Source of the DNA: Octopus bimaculoides
Taxonomy: Eukaryota
Length of the DNA: 64,000 nt
Assembly (NCBI RefSeq): GCF_001194135.2
Contig: NC_068981.1
Coordinates: 78,853,547 to 78,917,546, forward strand
Reading direction: 5' to 3'
In this document: piece after piece, positions 1 through 11,422 of the stretch
Numbering within the stretch: the first letter of the stretch is position 1
How the letters are laid out: each line of letters opens with the position of its first letter
The notes under the pieces: generated by a model
What the model saw: the letters and a program-made list of their open reading frames with translations, nothing else
Databases searched by the model: none
Told to the model about the DNA's origin: nothing
Position numbers and translations under genes: made by a program

Positions 1-87
1 TATATATAAAGATGATGCGTAGTCTAGACGGCGTTTTTAGATTTCATTATTCTCTTTAACCCGGGCAACGCCGGGTATTTCTGCTAG
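1..87 (+). mobile_element. Non-autonomous Helitron 3' terminus (possibly a very short whole element cut by the window edge)
   Basis: GC hairpin ACCCGG-GCAACG-CCGGGT (59-76), then CTAG (84-87) and T, running into (TA)n. This is the canonical Helitron 3' end. Confidence 0.7.
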
Positions 88-469
88 TATATATATATAT
101 ATATATATGTAAGGTTTATCTCAAATGATCTATTTTATTGTACAGTTGCTAATGTAGATGCAGAAAAGCTGAATGGTAAAGAGGTTCACTTCACAATCAT
201 GAGGTCTAGGGTTCAATCCTATTATATGACATCTTCAGCAAATGTCTTTTACTATAAGTGCAGCTGTGGCTGTGTGATTGAGAAGTTTGTTCCCCAACTG
301 CATAGTTTCAGATTCAGTCCCACTGCATGGCACTTTAGGCAAGTGTTTTCTACTGTAGCTGTGGGCTGACCAAAGTCTTGTGAATGGATTTGGTCAAAGG
401 AGAGAGGGGGGGGGATGAATATGTAAAATGTACTTTGAAAGAAAAATTGGGCATAAGAGGCACTAGATG

Positions 470-1350
470 TAGTGTACAAGAGAGAAGACTGCACTGATAT
501 AGTTATGTGATGCATATGGATGAAGACAGCTGCATGAAGAATTACCAGTCTTTAATTGTGGAGAGAATCTGTGGAAGAGGAAAACCTAGAAAGATGTGGG
601 GTGAAAGTGAAAAATGATTTGAAATGCTGAACTTCATAGAGGAGATGACAAAGGACTGAGACTTCTGGCAATTTGCTGTGCTTGAGAAGACCCATCCAGG
701 AAAGTAAAATCAAGACCAAAAAGGCGTGTCCTTTATGTCCATCTGCCCAACACGTCCGACACCTGTGTTCACCATTTGTTGTCTCCTACTCACCCTTGTG
801 AACCACTTGCACACTATGTCCTTATCAATTCTCTTCCCCACAACATATCCTCTTGACAATCCTCCACTCATTACATTCCCTTCTCCCAGTGTTCTTTCAC
901 AATCTTGTAAACTTACCCACTCACTCACCCTCTCCAATTCCTGGTCCACTTCAATGTACATCCCTCCTTGTAAGTTGGGTGTATTCCCCATCATGTCTTC
1001 GCCATCTAATTGTTCTCCCCCCTCTCTCTCCTACCGAGGAAGCCAAGTATCTCCTCTAGCGCACCACAACACTTATTTCTATCCATCTCTGACACTAAGC
1101 CACCACGCTCCACACAACTCGCACCTGAGTTGAGAAGTCTTGTCTTGCAAGTTTACTTGATGACTTCACTGCTGCTGATGCCACATAAAAAGCACCCAGG
1201 CACCTACTTTGTTAAGTAGTTCATATTAGGAAGGACATTTGTCATAGAAACCATGCCAAACTAGACAGTAGATCTTGGTACAAACTTTTGCCTCCTGTCA
1301 AACCGTCCAACCAATACCAGCATGGAAGGAGGATGCTAAATGATGATAAT
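470..1350 (+). mobile_element. Decayed 3' part of an RTE-type LINE (ORF C-terminus plus 3' UTR, ending in a (GAT)n-like tail)
   Basis: 480-700 resembles 14080-14290 of the RTE copy (gatgaagacagctgc...cctagaaagatgtgg...gtgcttgagaagacc). It ends ccaaccaataccagcatggaaggaggatgctaaatgatgataatgat. The pyrimidine-rich middle resembles 48100-48600. Confidence 0.6.
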
Positions 1351-2149
1351 GATATAACAGATGATGATATAAGCGAATATGAGGAAGTGAACAACCCATC
1401 CCCTTGCCCCACTAGTAATAGTATCAAAATGTTTCTCAAATCACACTGTACCATCTAGAAAAATGAAGGACACATTGGATAATGCAATTTAATCCCAGAT
1501 ACATTACATCTGGGAATATGCCATGGATGATCATAGCTGGAACATCTTTGGTCACAAGTTCAGGCTGACCAAGGATTAACTTCCAACACCAAATGTTAAA
1601 TGTAATATCCAACTCATCATAATCATCATCATTGTACATGTATGTTCCAAGCTGGTATAAACTGGATGACTAGCAAAATTGATATGTTGTAGCATGTTGC
1701 ACAGTTTCTATGGGCAGATGTTCCTAACTACTCCAACCACCTTACAGAGAAAATTGGGTGCTTTTTGCACTGCATAGCACTAGTGAAGTTGTTTCGCAAT
1801 TGGGAAAGCTAAAATTTAAAAAAAAACACTGATCCCTAAGGAAAAAATGAGAGAGAGGGGTGATGAGTTTATACAAGGAGACAAAAGGGTGAAGTATGAT
1901 AAATATGTATGTGGTTGAGCCCTTTAGCATTCAGATTATTCTGTCTAATGTAATGCTTATTTATTCACATTGTTTTGAATTAATCATGCATTGTCTCATA
2001 ACTTTGAGATTTCAATGATGTGATTATTCATTTTTAGAGTGACATTATAGGGTAAGTGTGAGAAGGTGGATCTGGTTAGTTTGAACATAAAACAGGTAGA
2101 ATATTTGTGATCTATTCAATTTGATGTACAGATTTAATTTTTTTTTTTC

Positions 2150-2400
2150 TAAACACTTTGAAACTTTGGATACTGGTAGAATGTGTTATGTGGAACAGGG
2201 TTTACTCTTAACGTTTTTGACAAAATTTTGTAATTTAGAAGTTATTTCATGTTAAAGTTGTCGTATTTGGGTAATTTTAACCAATCAATAACATGTATTC
2301 AGCTGAAGAAAATTACTGCTGCTGTTTGCAAACAACTTCTGGGTTCATTAACAAAACAATGAGTCTTTGACAACAGAAAAATTTAAACTGAAAATCTCCC
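2150..2400 (-). mobile_element. Degenerate fragment of the Merlin-like MITE family seen at 57733-58296
   Basis: gttatttcatgttaaagttgtcgtatttgggtaattttaaccaatca matches the reverse complement of about 58115-58170. Confidence 0.55.
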
Positions 2401-2460
2401 TTAATAAAACTCTTCTTTAATAACCAGAGATGTTTTTATAGTAACATATATGTGTCCATA

Positions 2461-2862
2461 NNNNNNNNNNNNNNNNNNNNNNNNNNNNNNNNNNNNNNNN
2501 NNNNNNNNNNNNNNNNNNNNNNNNNNNNNNNNNNNNNNNNNNNNNNNNNNNNNNNNNNNNNNNNNNNNNNNNNNNNNNNNNNNNNNNNNNNNNNNNNNNN
2601 NNNNNNNNNNNNNNNNNNNNNNNNNNNNNNNNNNNNNNNNNNNNNNNNNNNNNNNNNNNNNNNNNNNNNNNNNNNNNNNNNNNNNNNNNNNNNNNNNNNN
2701 NNNNNNNNNNNNNNNNNNNNNNNNNNNNNNNNNNNNNNNNNNNNNNNNNNNNNNNNNNNNNNNNNNNNNNNNNNNNNNNNNNNNNNNNNNNNNNNNNNNN
2801 NNNNNNNNNNNNNNNNNNNNNNNNNNNNNNNNNNNNNNNNNNNNNNNNNNNNNNNNNNNNNN
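2461..2862. other. Assembly gap (N run); other gaps at 5716-5872, 7830-8357, 27613-28547, 40221-40677, 49349-49407
   Basis: Runs of N, mostly flanked by microsatellites or repeat copies. Confidence 0.99.
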
Positions 2863-2907
<45 letters not shown>

Positions 2908-4339
2908 TTAATAATAGGCAGAAGTTACAGAGTGACAATGACCAAATTCGTGTTTGATAAGTGCTAATACACAAAACTCTCAGCTTTTGACTTACCCTCT
3001 AACTTCTGCTGATGATATATATACATACATATATATGTAAAAAAAAATCTCATCATGCAATTGAACCAATGAAAGAGCTTCTACCTGATCACTCAACACG
3101 CTAAAAATAGCAGCCAAAGTATCCTCCTAACTAAATCATACACACATTGTATGTAATGTCCAAGATTATCCCTAAAAAGACGGTTTGCTGAAAGCTGAAA
3201 TGTCTTTGGTGATAGGTTTGCTGGATCAGGGTTGATTTGAGGTAAATAACAACAAAATAATTACTGAGATAGACCATCGATGGAGCCTGTATGTGGTTGC
3301 ATGACCTGGCTATTCAGGTAGCTACACAAAATCAAGGTTTGGCTTTTGTATTAGTTACATATACATTCACAGAAGTACATATGCATACCCATGCATATAT
3401 GGGATGATGAAAAGGAAACTTTAAACATTGTGTATGTATGTGTGCATGCATGCATTCACACACACACATACCTACATCCACATGCAAGAGTGCACTTCTG
3501 TGCACCATTCAGTTTACCAATTACAAAGGGCTCTACATACTTCTTACATAAACTGAATTGATAAGGCTTTTAATTTTGACCATTGAATTTATACATCATC
3601 AGCCAGGCATATACAAATATAAAACTGCACAACAAAACAGCCAAAAACAAAAAGAGAATGTATGAATACTGGAAAAGATTCAATGAATTGCAAATACACA
3701 CAGCAATTCATTTCATCATCATTTTGATGTCCACTTTCACTTTTCTATGCCTGCATGTGTTGGACAGAGTTTACTGAGGCAGATTTTATAGTCATACTCT
3801 TCCTCACACACACACACACACACACAGAGGTTTCTTTTAGTTTCTATCTACCACAAGTCTTTGGTCAATCCAGAGCTACTGTAGAAGACACTTCCCAAAG
3901 GTGCCACACAGTGGGACTGAATCTGCAACTATGTGATTAGGAAGCAAATTCTTAAAACACAGTCACACATGTGCCTCAGAATATAGAAAACATACAAGTG
4001 AAAATTCTAGTTGATGAAAGATAAAGAAAGATATTAATAATTCAGTATGTATGAAACATCTATTAAATAATATAAGCTCAGCTTTTGATAACGTGCTGAA
4101 TAACTTTCTCGTGACAAGTTAGACAGAACAACATTAATAAATTAAGCAAACGCTAAAATAAAAGATATTGTGTGCTAGTCACAGAAAGACAAATTTCCCA
4201 ACTTCTCACAGCATACATTCAGCCCAGACCAAATAGTTCCTCAACCTCAACACCAACTTACAATCAAAACATAACTAAAATATGCAAGGAGAGAAAAACA
4301 AGTGGAGTAATCAAGTTACTCTACCAAGCCCTGGAATAT

Positions 4340-4510
4340 CTAGAAATAAATGTTTGTTTGAAATTTTGTTTCAGACAGGGAAAAACTTTTAGAGATTTTC
4401 AAATGATGAATCAGGTCTATGAGACAGATTGTTTCACCTATTCAATGTCACAGGTGAACCAGCATTTTAAATCAAGGAGAACATCCAAAGATAATCCCAA
4501 ATCCAGGCAA
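4340..4510 (+). pseudogene. Mariner transposase N-terminal (HTH) remnant
   Basis: Translates EINVCLKFCFRQGKTFRDFQMMNQVYETDCF...QHFKSRRTSKDNPKSRQ, resembling the mariner pattern EQRxCIKFCFKLGKTATET...RFKEGRESVEDDPRSGRP (recognised by eye). Confidence 0.7.
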
Positions 4511-4559
4511 TAATTTTGCTCCTTTTCTACATGTTTAATGACTTTCAAGAAGAAATGTG

Positions 4560-5050
4560 AACAAGTATTGAACATAGAGATGACTTCAAATTATATTTTG
4601 AAGTTCAAAGATAGAATTGATTTGCCTGGATGCATACTGAGGAATGAATTGTGTACCTTGACTAAAAGCATCTGAATAAACCAAGTCTTCAGATGCAAAG
4701 AAGGAATACTATTATCACAAAATTAATTCTTTGGAAGCTTCCATCAGCAAACTGGAAAAATTAGAATAAAAAGGTCAACATCAAAAATATTGCCAAGTTC
4801 GAGAGCTTGCTGCTGGAAGTGAAGACAAAAGTGCTTCCAAAATTTGCAAAAAGAAATTTTGCAGCATTTAACACTAGAAAATGAATTTAGCAGAGGTTTT
4901 CCCAAATTCTGTGATGAGGAATTTGATTCAGAATAAAAAGCCACTTAAAATGCCAGATGAAAAAGTTATTGAAGATTGTCAAACTGAATGGAGCTGAAGA
5001 ATGATTCAAGAGCTATTTTTGATGAAATCAATCACAGAATTTTTGCCCTT
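4560..5050 (+). pseudogene. hAT (Charlie/ZBED5-SCAND3-like) transposase C-terminal remnant, with stops and frameshifts
   Basis: Fragments IVYLD*KHLNKPSLQMQRRNTIITKLILWK, LQKEILQHLTLENEFSRGFPKFCDEEFD and ELKNDSRAIFDE resemble the Charlie-type hAT C-terminal region. Confidence 0.6.
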
Positions 5051-5235
5051 GATGCATAATTCCTACCCAAAAGTGACAGAAAGATATATATATATATATT
5101 CCTTGCTTCTATTTGTATTGATATATCTTTCTGAATCAGTCTGTTTTAACATTGTTGCAATGTGAAAACAAAGTAATGAAAAAAGATGAAAATTACCTGT
5201 AATTAGCACATTCAAGCACCTGTCCACATATTTAA

Positions 5236-5454
5236 CCCTTTAGCATTTAAACCAGCCATATCCAGCCAAAATATCCCACATGTTTTATGTTCAAACTGGC
5301 CAGATCTAGCTTCTCACACCAACCTTACAATATCCTTCTATAGATTAACAGTGACGTCATCAAAATCTCAAAGCTATAAGATAAAGCAAATTAATTGAAA
5401 ACAATGAGAATAAATAAGCATTACATTTGACAGAATAATGTGAATGCTAAACGA
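5236..5454. mobile_element. piggyBac-like MITE (about 220-bp family; other copies near 1919-2110, 10663-10825, 25143-25760 split by a SINE, 25770-25980, 45293-45472, 61482-61646)
   Basis: TTAA|CCCTTTAGCATT at the left end, degenerate AATGCTAAACGA|TTAA at the right end; body shared with 55562-55781. Confidence 0.7.
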
Positions 5455-6515
5455 TTAAGAACTGCTGAAGAAGAAATAAACACATTTTTCCGATTAACTG
5501 CAATCTGCATCAGAATAAAATAAATTACAATACTCCACTTTCTACTGAACATTTTGTTAATCAAAATATATTCCAACAACTTCAGTCTGTTAAGTAATTA
5601 GGTACAACTACAAAAAATATTTCTATTCAAGTTTTAAAATACATCAACATTTTCTTCTGCTATTAAATTTGTTTAAGTAAATGTAGATGTGGATGTACTA
5701 ATGCAGAAAAGAAAANNNNNNNNNNNNNNNNNNNNNNNNNNNNNNNNNNNNNNNNNNNNNNNNNNNNNNNNNNNNNNNNNNNNNNNNNNNNNNNNNNNNN
5801 NNNNNNNNNNNNNNNNNNNNNNNNNNNNNNNNNNNNNNNNNNNNNNNNNNNNNNNNNNNNNNNNNNNNNNNNTTTAAATATTTACCCACAGTCAATACCA
5901 GACGCTTCTTCTAGACAGCAATTATTACCATCATTGAAAATCTGCATCATTTTCTTCAACAAATATTTCACGGCTTTACATTCATAGCATTTGAAAAACT
6001 AAACCAAGTACTCCTTGTTTTAGCAAAGAAATATACTAACTTAATGGAAAACAACTTTTGCTTAGTACAATTTCGATCACAAGCATTCTGCATGAGATGA
6101 ATAAGGGAGCTTTATCATAGTGGTTTGACTGATGCAATGTAGCAATCAAATCTGCTTTAAAAATATCTTTACTACCTTTTAAATGTGAGTATGAATAACC
6201 TCTCTTTTAACAAAGAAAATTTTGCCTTATTTTCTGGAGTTCTTATTAGCCATTTTGCTATTCTTACTCAGTCCTTCTCTCTTCTTTACTTCTATGTTGT
6301 GAACGTTGTTTGTCACTATTGTAACTGAGAAGTAAAATGCACATTTTAAAAATTGAAACAAACCTTATGAAACACTAAATTTGATTATAGTTAAGATTAA
6401 AAATGTGTAAGTGGAATGTCAAAGAAGTTTGCAGATGAAAACTAAAAAATAAGAAATCGATACAGCTGAATGCGGGACCTAAAAACAAAATAGCACACAC
6501 ATGCGCACTCACACA

Positions 6516-6553
<38 letters not shown>

Positions 6554-6691
6554 TGGTAGTTACAACATATGTCTATTAGGCTAAGTTTTAAAGAAGATTT
6601 TAAAATATGTCCTTGACCAGATGAAGTGCACATTCCAGTGACCATGATTATGAAGGAGAATGTAATTTAAGTGGAAAGCACGATGCCATAA

Positions 6692-6746
6692 TTAGTTGGC
6701 AAATTTCAAGTAAGAAGAACCAGATGATGGCAGAATGGAGTTTGAT
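6692..6746 (-). CDS. Candidate terminal coding exon of an unidentified host gene (xSNSILPSSGSSYLKFAN*)
   Basis: Acceptor gttgttttgcag on the minus strand; a phase-2 start joins in frame to the 7319-7352 candidate exon. No family recognised. Confidence 0.25.
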
Positions 6747-7318
6747 CTGCAAAACAACTGACATAAAAATGAAAGAATACAAGGTGGTAAATGAGCACTC
6801 CTTCAGGAAATATTATTATTCAAAACTTCTCTAGCATCTAACAATACTTATATGTAATTAACTGTCACATAAAACAATCTCAACATTTATCAAGATGTTA
6901 TGCTGAAAATATCAAAAAATGAAAAACAACAAACAGCAACTTTATATGATTAATTTTGCAATGACAATAGAAGAAAAATGAATAAAACATTTTCCTTTTA
7001 GTAATTTGCTATTTGAACTATAATAATTCCATTTCTCTAAATCATTTATTTTTATATCCAAAATACAGTTCCTTTAATATTAAGCTTAGGCAACAAACAG
7101 AATATTCTCTATGAAATGTAAAAATATTACAAACTAGAAAATTGCTTGAATCAAAGAAGTTAACTTCTTTTGATAAAGCTGTGTGAAGTTCAGAATTAAA
7201 TAGTAAGTCTGAGAAAAAAAGGAGTTTGACAATAATGGTATGAAAACATCACTATTTAATAAAAATGCAGTGCAGACAAGAAAGACTTGAGTTATTTTAA
7301 GAATGCTTAGAGATATAC

Positions 7319-7352
7319 CTTACAGGATACATGACATGACAACTCAGAGTAG
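7319..7352 (-). CDS. Candidate 34-nt exon (xTLSCHVMYPV)
   Basis: Minus strand reads gttagttttcag|CTACTCTGAGTTGTCATGTCATGTATCCTGTAAG|gtatat; open in two frames. Confidence 0.3.
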
Positions 7353-8357
7353 CTGAAAACTAACAGGCCATGTTGTTCACAACAAGAGTTCTGAAATCAA
7401 ATCCAAAAGAATGATGCATTTTTTAAAAATTCATTTGCTTGAGGTTTTTTCTTTTTCTTTTTCTTTTTTGTGAATGTATCAAACTACTATGAATACTATT
7501 GAACCAATAAGGGAGCCTCTACAAGATCAATCAACCTGCCAAAAAATAACAGCAAAATTTCTCTTAAATCAAACCCAAATGTCTTTAAAGGGGAAGGCAG
7601 CATAGAATAACATAGCTCTGGATAAACAATACCTTTGACTAAATAAAGGCTTTCTTGATCAAGGATGAACAATACAAAAAATAACCAGGAATATCATTGG
7701 TTTAAGGAGTTAATTTGTAAAAGGAGTGTAACTCCAACAGAAGGTTTCTGTGTTTCTAGTTAAAATAAATAAATGAATGCAAATGTCCCCATGACATTTA
7801 TTAGCAACAGATATATATATATATATATANNNNNNNNNNNNNNNNNNNNNNNNNNNNNNNNNNNNNNNNNNNNNNNNNNNNNNNNNNNNNNNNNNNNNNN
7901 NNNNNNNNNNNNNNNNNNNNNNNNNNNNNNNNNNNNNNNNNNNNNNNNNNNNNNNNNNNNNNNNNNNNNNNNNNNNNNNNNNNNNNNNNNNNNNNNNNNN
8001 NNNNNNNNNNNNNNNNNNNNNNNNNNNNNNNNNNNNNNNNNNNNNNNNNNNNNNNNNNNNNNNNNNNNNNNNNNNNNNNNNNNNNNNNNNNNNNNNNNNN
8101 NNNNNNNNNNNNNNNNNNNNNNNNNNNNNNNNNNNNNNNNNNNNNNNNNNNNNNNNNNNNNNNNNNNNNNNNNNNNNNNNNNNNNNNNNNNNNNNNNNNN
8201 NNNNNNNNNNNNNNNNNNNNNNNNNNNNNNNNNNNNNNNNNNNNNNNNNNNNNNNNNNNNNNNNNNNNNNNNNNNNNNNNNNNNNNNNNNNNNNNNNNNN
8301 NNNNNNNNNNNNNNNNNNNNNNNNNNNNNNNNNNNNNNNNNNNNNNNNNNNNNNNNN

Positions 8358-8702
8358 AGGATCGCGGTTTCGATTCCCAGACCGGGTGTTGTGAGTGTTT
8401 ATTGAGCGAAAACACCTAAAGCTCCACGAGGCTCCGGCAGGGGATGGTGGCGAACCCTGCTATACTCTTTCACCACAACTTTCTCTCTCTCTTACTTCCT
8501 GTTTCTGTTGTGCCTGTAATTCAAAGGGCCAGCCTTGTCACGCTCTGTGTCACGCTGAATATCCCCGAGAAATATGTTAAGGGTACACGTGTCTGTGGAG
8601 TGCTCAGCCACTTGCACGTTAATTTCACAAGCAGGCTGTTCCGTTGATCGGATCAACTGGAACCCTCGACGTCGTAAGCGATGGAGTGCCAACAACAACA
8701 AC
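8358..8702 (+). mobile_element. tRNA-derived SINE with (CAA)n tail, 5' end lost in the gap; same family as 60091-60480
   Basis: Near-identical to 60136-60480 (B-box GGTTTCGATTCCC, body, ggagtgccaacaacaaca tail). Confidence 0.85.
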
Positions 8703-11422
8703 ATATTTATGGCTTTATCTGCTTCAAGTTAAGCCATTCCAAAAGTTATTTTGACTTCTTTCAGGGTTTCTAAATTCTTACAGGCAGAACTCTTTGACAG
8801 AGAAAAGTGCTTCTGGAATAATAAACTGGGAGTAGTGGAAGAGTGCTTTTTCCTGACTCTCACAACTCTCAGTTTCTAGTAACACAAACACTCCATTTTC
8901 GTCCAACAAAGACTTCTGCTTGAAATGTTCAACTTCTCTTCTTCCCCACAGTATAAAATTTATTGCTGCATGAACTTTTTGCCTTTCATTGTAGCATCAA
9001 GCAGTTTACTTAATTGTGTCTAATTACCCATCAAGAATAGGAAGCAGATCTTCTAGTAATGTTATTCCACACAGGCTAGCATGCAATCCAGAGATTTAGC
9101 ATTATATACTTAATGCTACTATAGTCATAAATTGGTTATTATGGCCCTTGCTGGAAGCTCAAGATTTTTGTAGGAAAGATTTTATCCCTACCACTAATAT
9201 ACATGGTCCAAAAAGAAGCACCGCAATTTATTAGTGCACACACACACACACACACACACTAAATAGCTTGTAAATAGATGGTATTTAGTTTTACATCTAA
9301 CACTTTTATAAGATTTTATTTATTGGTCACTCACTTCAGACACTGCCTAGTCACCACTCTCAGTTATCTCTTGGTCACTCTTATTAGCAGTCCTTTGGTC
9401 ACTCTTTCAGTAAAGTCTATCAAAGATTTCTATGTAATGTTGTTCGGAAGCATTGCAGTAATGAAAAGCATCCTCAACATTGGTAGGGTTTGAACAGAGA
9501 ATTATGTAGAATGAGACTAAATACTGTAAAACATCTATGAGGGGATGCTGAAAGGTTCCTAGCTTTAAGGGTATCATGAAAGGCATGGTTGGAAGCCCAA
9601 CCTTCTGGGTTCTTTTACAGAGCTTAGAAGAACTGAAGGACTGCTGCAATAAGTGTGAATCTGAGAAGAGAATATGTTGAATAAAATCATAACTGATCCT
9701 CCTGTATTTGCTTTTACTCAAAGCCAGGAACTTTGCAGCAGCCCTTCATAGTTCGCCACAAACCACCTCAACTTCCTTATATAACCTTATAACCTTAAAT
9801 TATATCTTTAACTAAGTAATAAAGAATCAACTGGAAAAATGAGTGAGACAAAGCTAAATATTGTGTAAGTACTTTATTAAGCACACTATAATTTCTACTA
9901 ACACACCTTACTTTCTCATACACACACTGTAGATAAGATAGCAAGTCTACAAAAGAAGAACTAATTCCTGCAGATATTACTAAACTTTGGAAATGGCTCC
10001 TTTGTTATTCTCTCCACAATACCTATTTTCATAGCCATTGAGAGGAGACGGGATAATGACAACAACCAACAACAGATATTTATCTAATTGTTTCATATCA
10101 TAGTTCTTTCATTTTATCACTTAGCCAAATATTGAAGGCAAAACCATTTCTTAAGCTAAATTACATTCTTCATTTCTACTGCAAATGATAGGAATAATGT
10201 GCAATTATAAATGATTGCAACGATCCAAATCATCATTTGAAAATTTCTATGGAATGCTGCATAATTCATAGTGATATTGAAGAAGATTGTCAATGAAGCT
10301 CATATCTTTTACAGATACATTGCACAAGTGCTAAATTAAAGAGTACAAGTACATAACATATTCTTACATTATTCAAAAGTATTCTATGAAATCAACCATT
10401 GAAAAGCCATCAAAAATGGAAGGAAATCTTAGAACAGACTGAGGAATTTCTGTCCAACAGAAGAGTTGTCATTAATGACTTGTTATTCCATAGAATCTAG
10501 AATTCCCTAAGGAATTTTAGCTCTTCTTTATACACATAAATGACTACGTTATGTAAGCTCCAAATGTAATCTATTCGCCTATGTTTTAGCCTTGAAGAGT
10601 AATCAAGACAAGAGTGAGATCTTGGCTGACTGACTGATAGAAAACTTAGTACTGGAGCTTAACCCTTTAGCATTTAAACAGGTCATATCCAGCCAAATTA
10701 TTTTACATGTTTTATGCAAAAACTGGCCAGATCTGGCCTCTCTTATCTATCTTATAATCTCATTCTTACAACAAACAATCACACCATCAATATCTCAAAG
10801 CAATAAGATAATGCTTGATTAATTCAGGCATTCTCCCCCACCCTGTTTTGATAACCACTTGCTTCTCCAATCACTTACCTCCTCCCCCACCATCCCACTC
10901 TATATAAAATTGCTCTCTCGGATTCCTACTACATTTCAATAACCCCGCCAAAAGAATACAAATCCATCCAGAAGCTGTTGTTCAGATAAGGAATCTTGTC
11001 TTTTTCAACTCAGTACATCTATCACCTCTATTTCAGCGCAGATCATAATCCCCTCTTAGTTCTGTAAACATAGTTCACACGAATAGCCTATCATCACTCA
11101 TTCATTCATCTATTTACTTTTGTCATATCGTCAATTAGTCATTTCTCTAATTTTGTCACAGATTGGCTGACTGAATATTCCAAAATTTTAAAAATTCTAT
11201 CTACTATTAATATGCTATTATTAACACCGGTATTGCTGTTTGGCGGTGTGAAACCACCACCAGTTCCGGAAGTCCCTATCCTCTGACATCCTTCGGTTGT
11301 CTCCTATGAACACTTCTAAAGGCTTAATGCCATCCCCACCCCTACTGGGTCTATCTCCTATGTAAGGTTGCGATCATATAGCACATAAAAATGATGGTGT
11401 AGTGTATGCAGGTTGAAGGCTG

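Noticed and set aside
726-1133. 135-aa Ser/Pro/Leu-rich ORF, and similar ORFs at 48073-48640
   Set aside because: Pyrimidine-rich RTE-family 3' UTR read in frame by chance.
2401-2974. Long ORFs of X residues here and at 5689-5895, 7773-8415, 27581-28627, 40114-40815, 49292-49646
   Set aside because: Artefacts of N gaps and flanking microsatellites.
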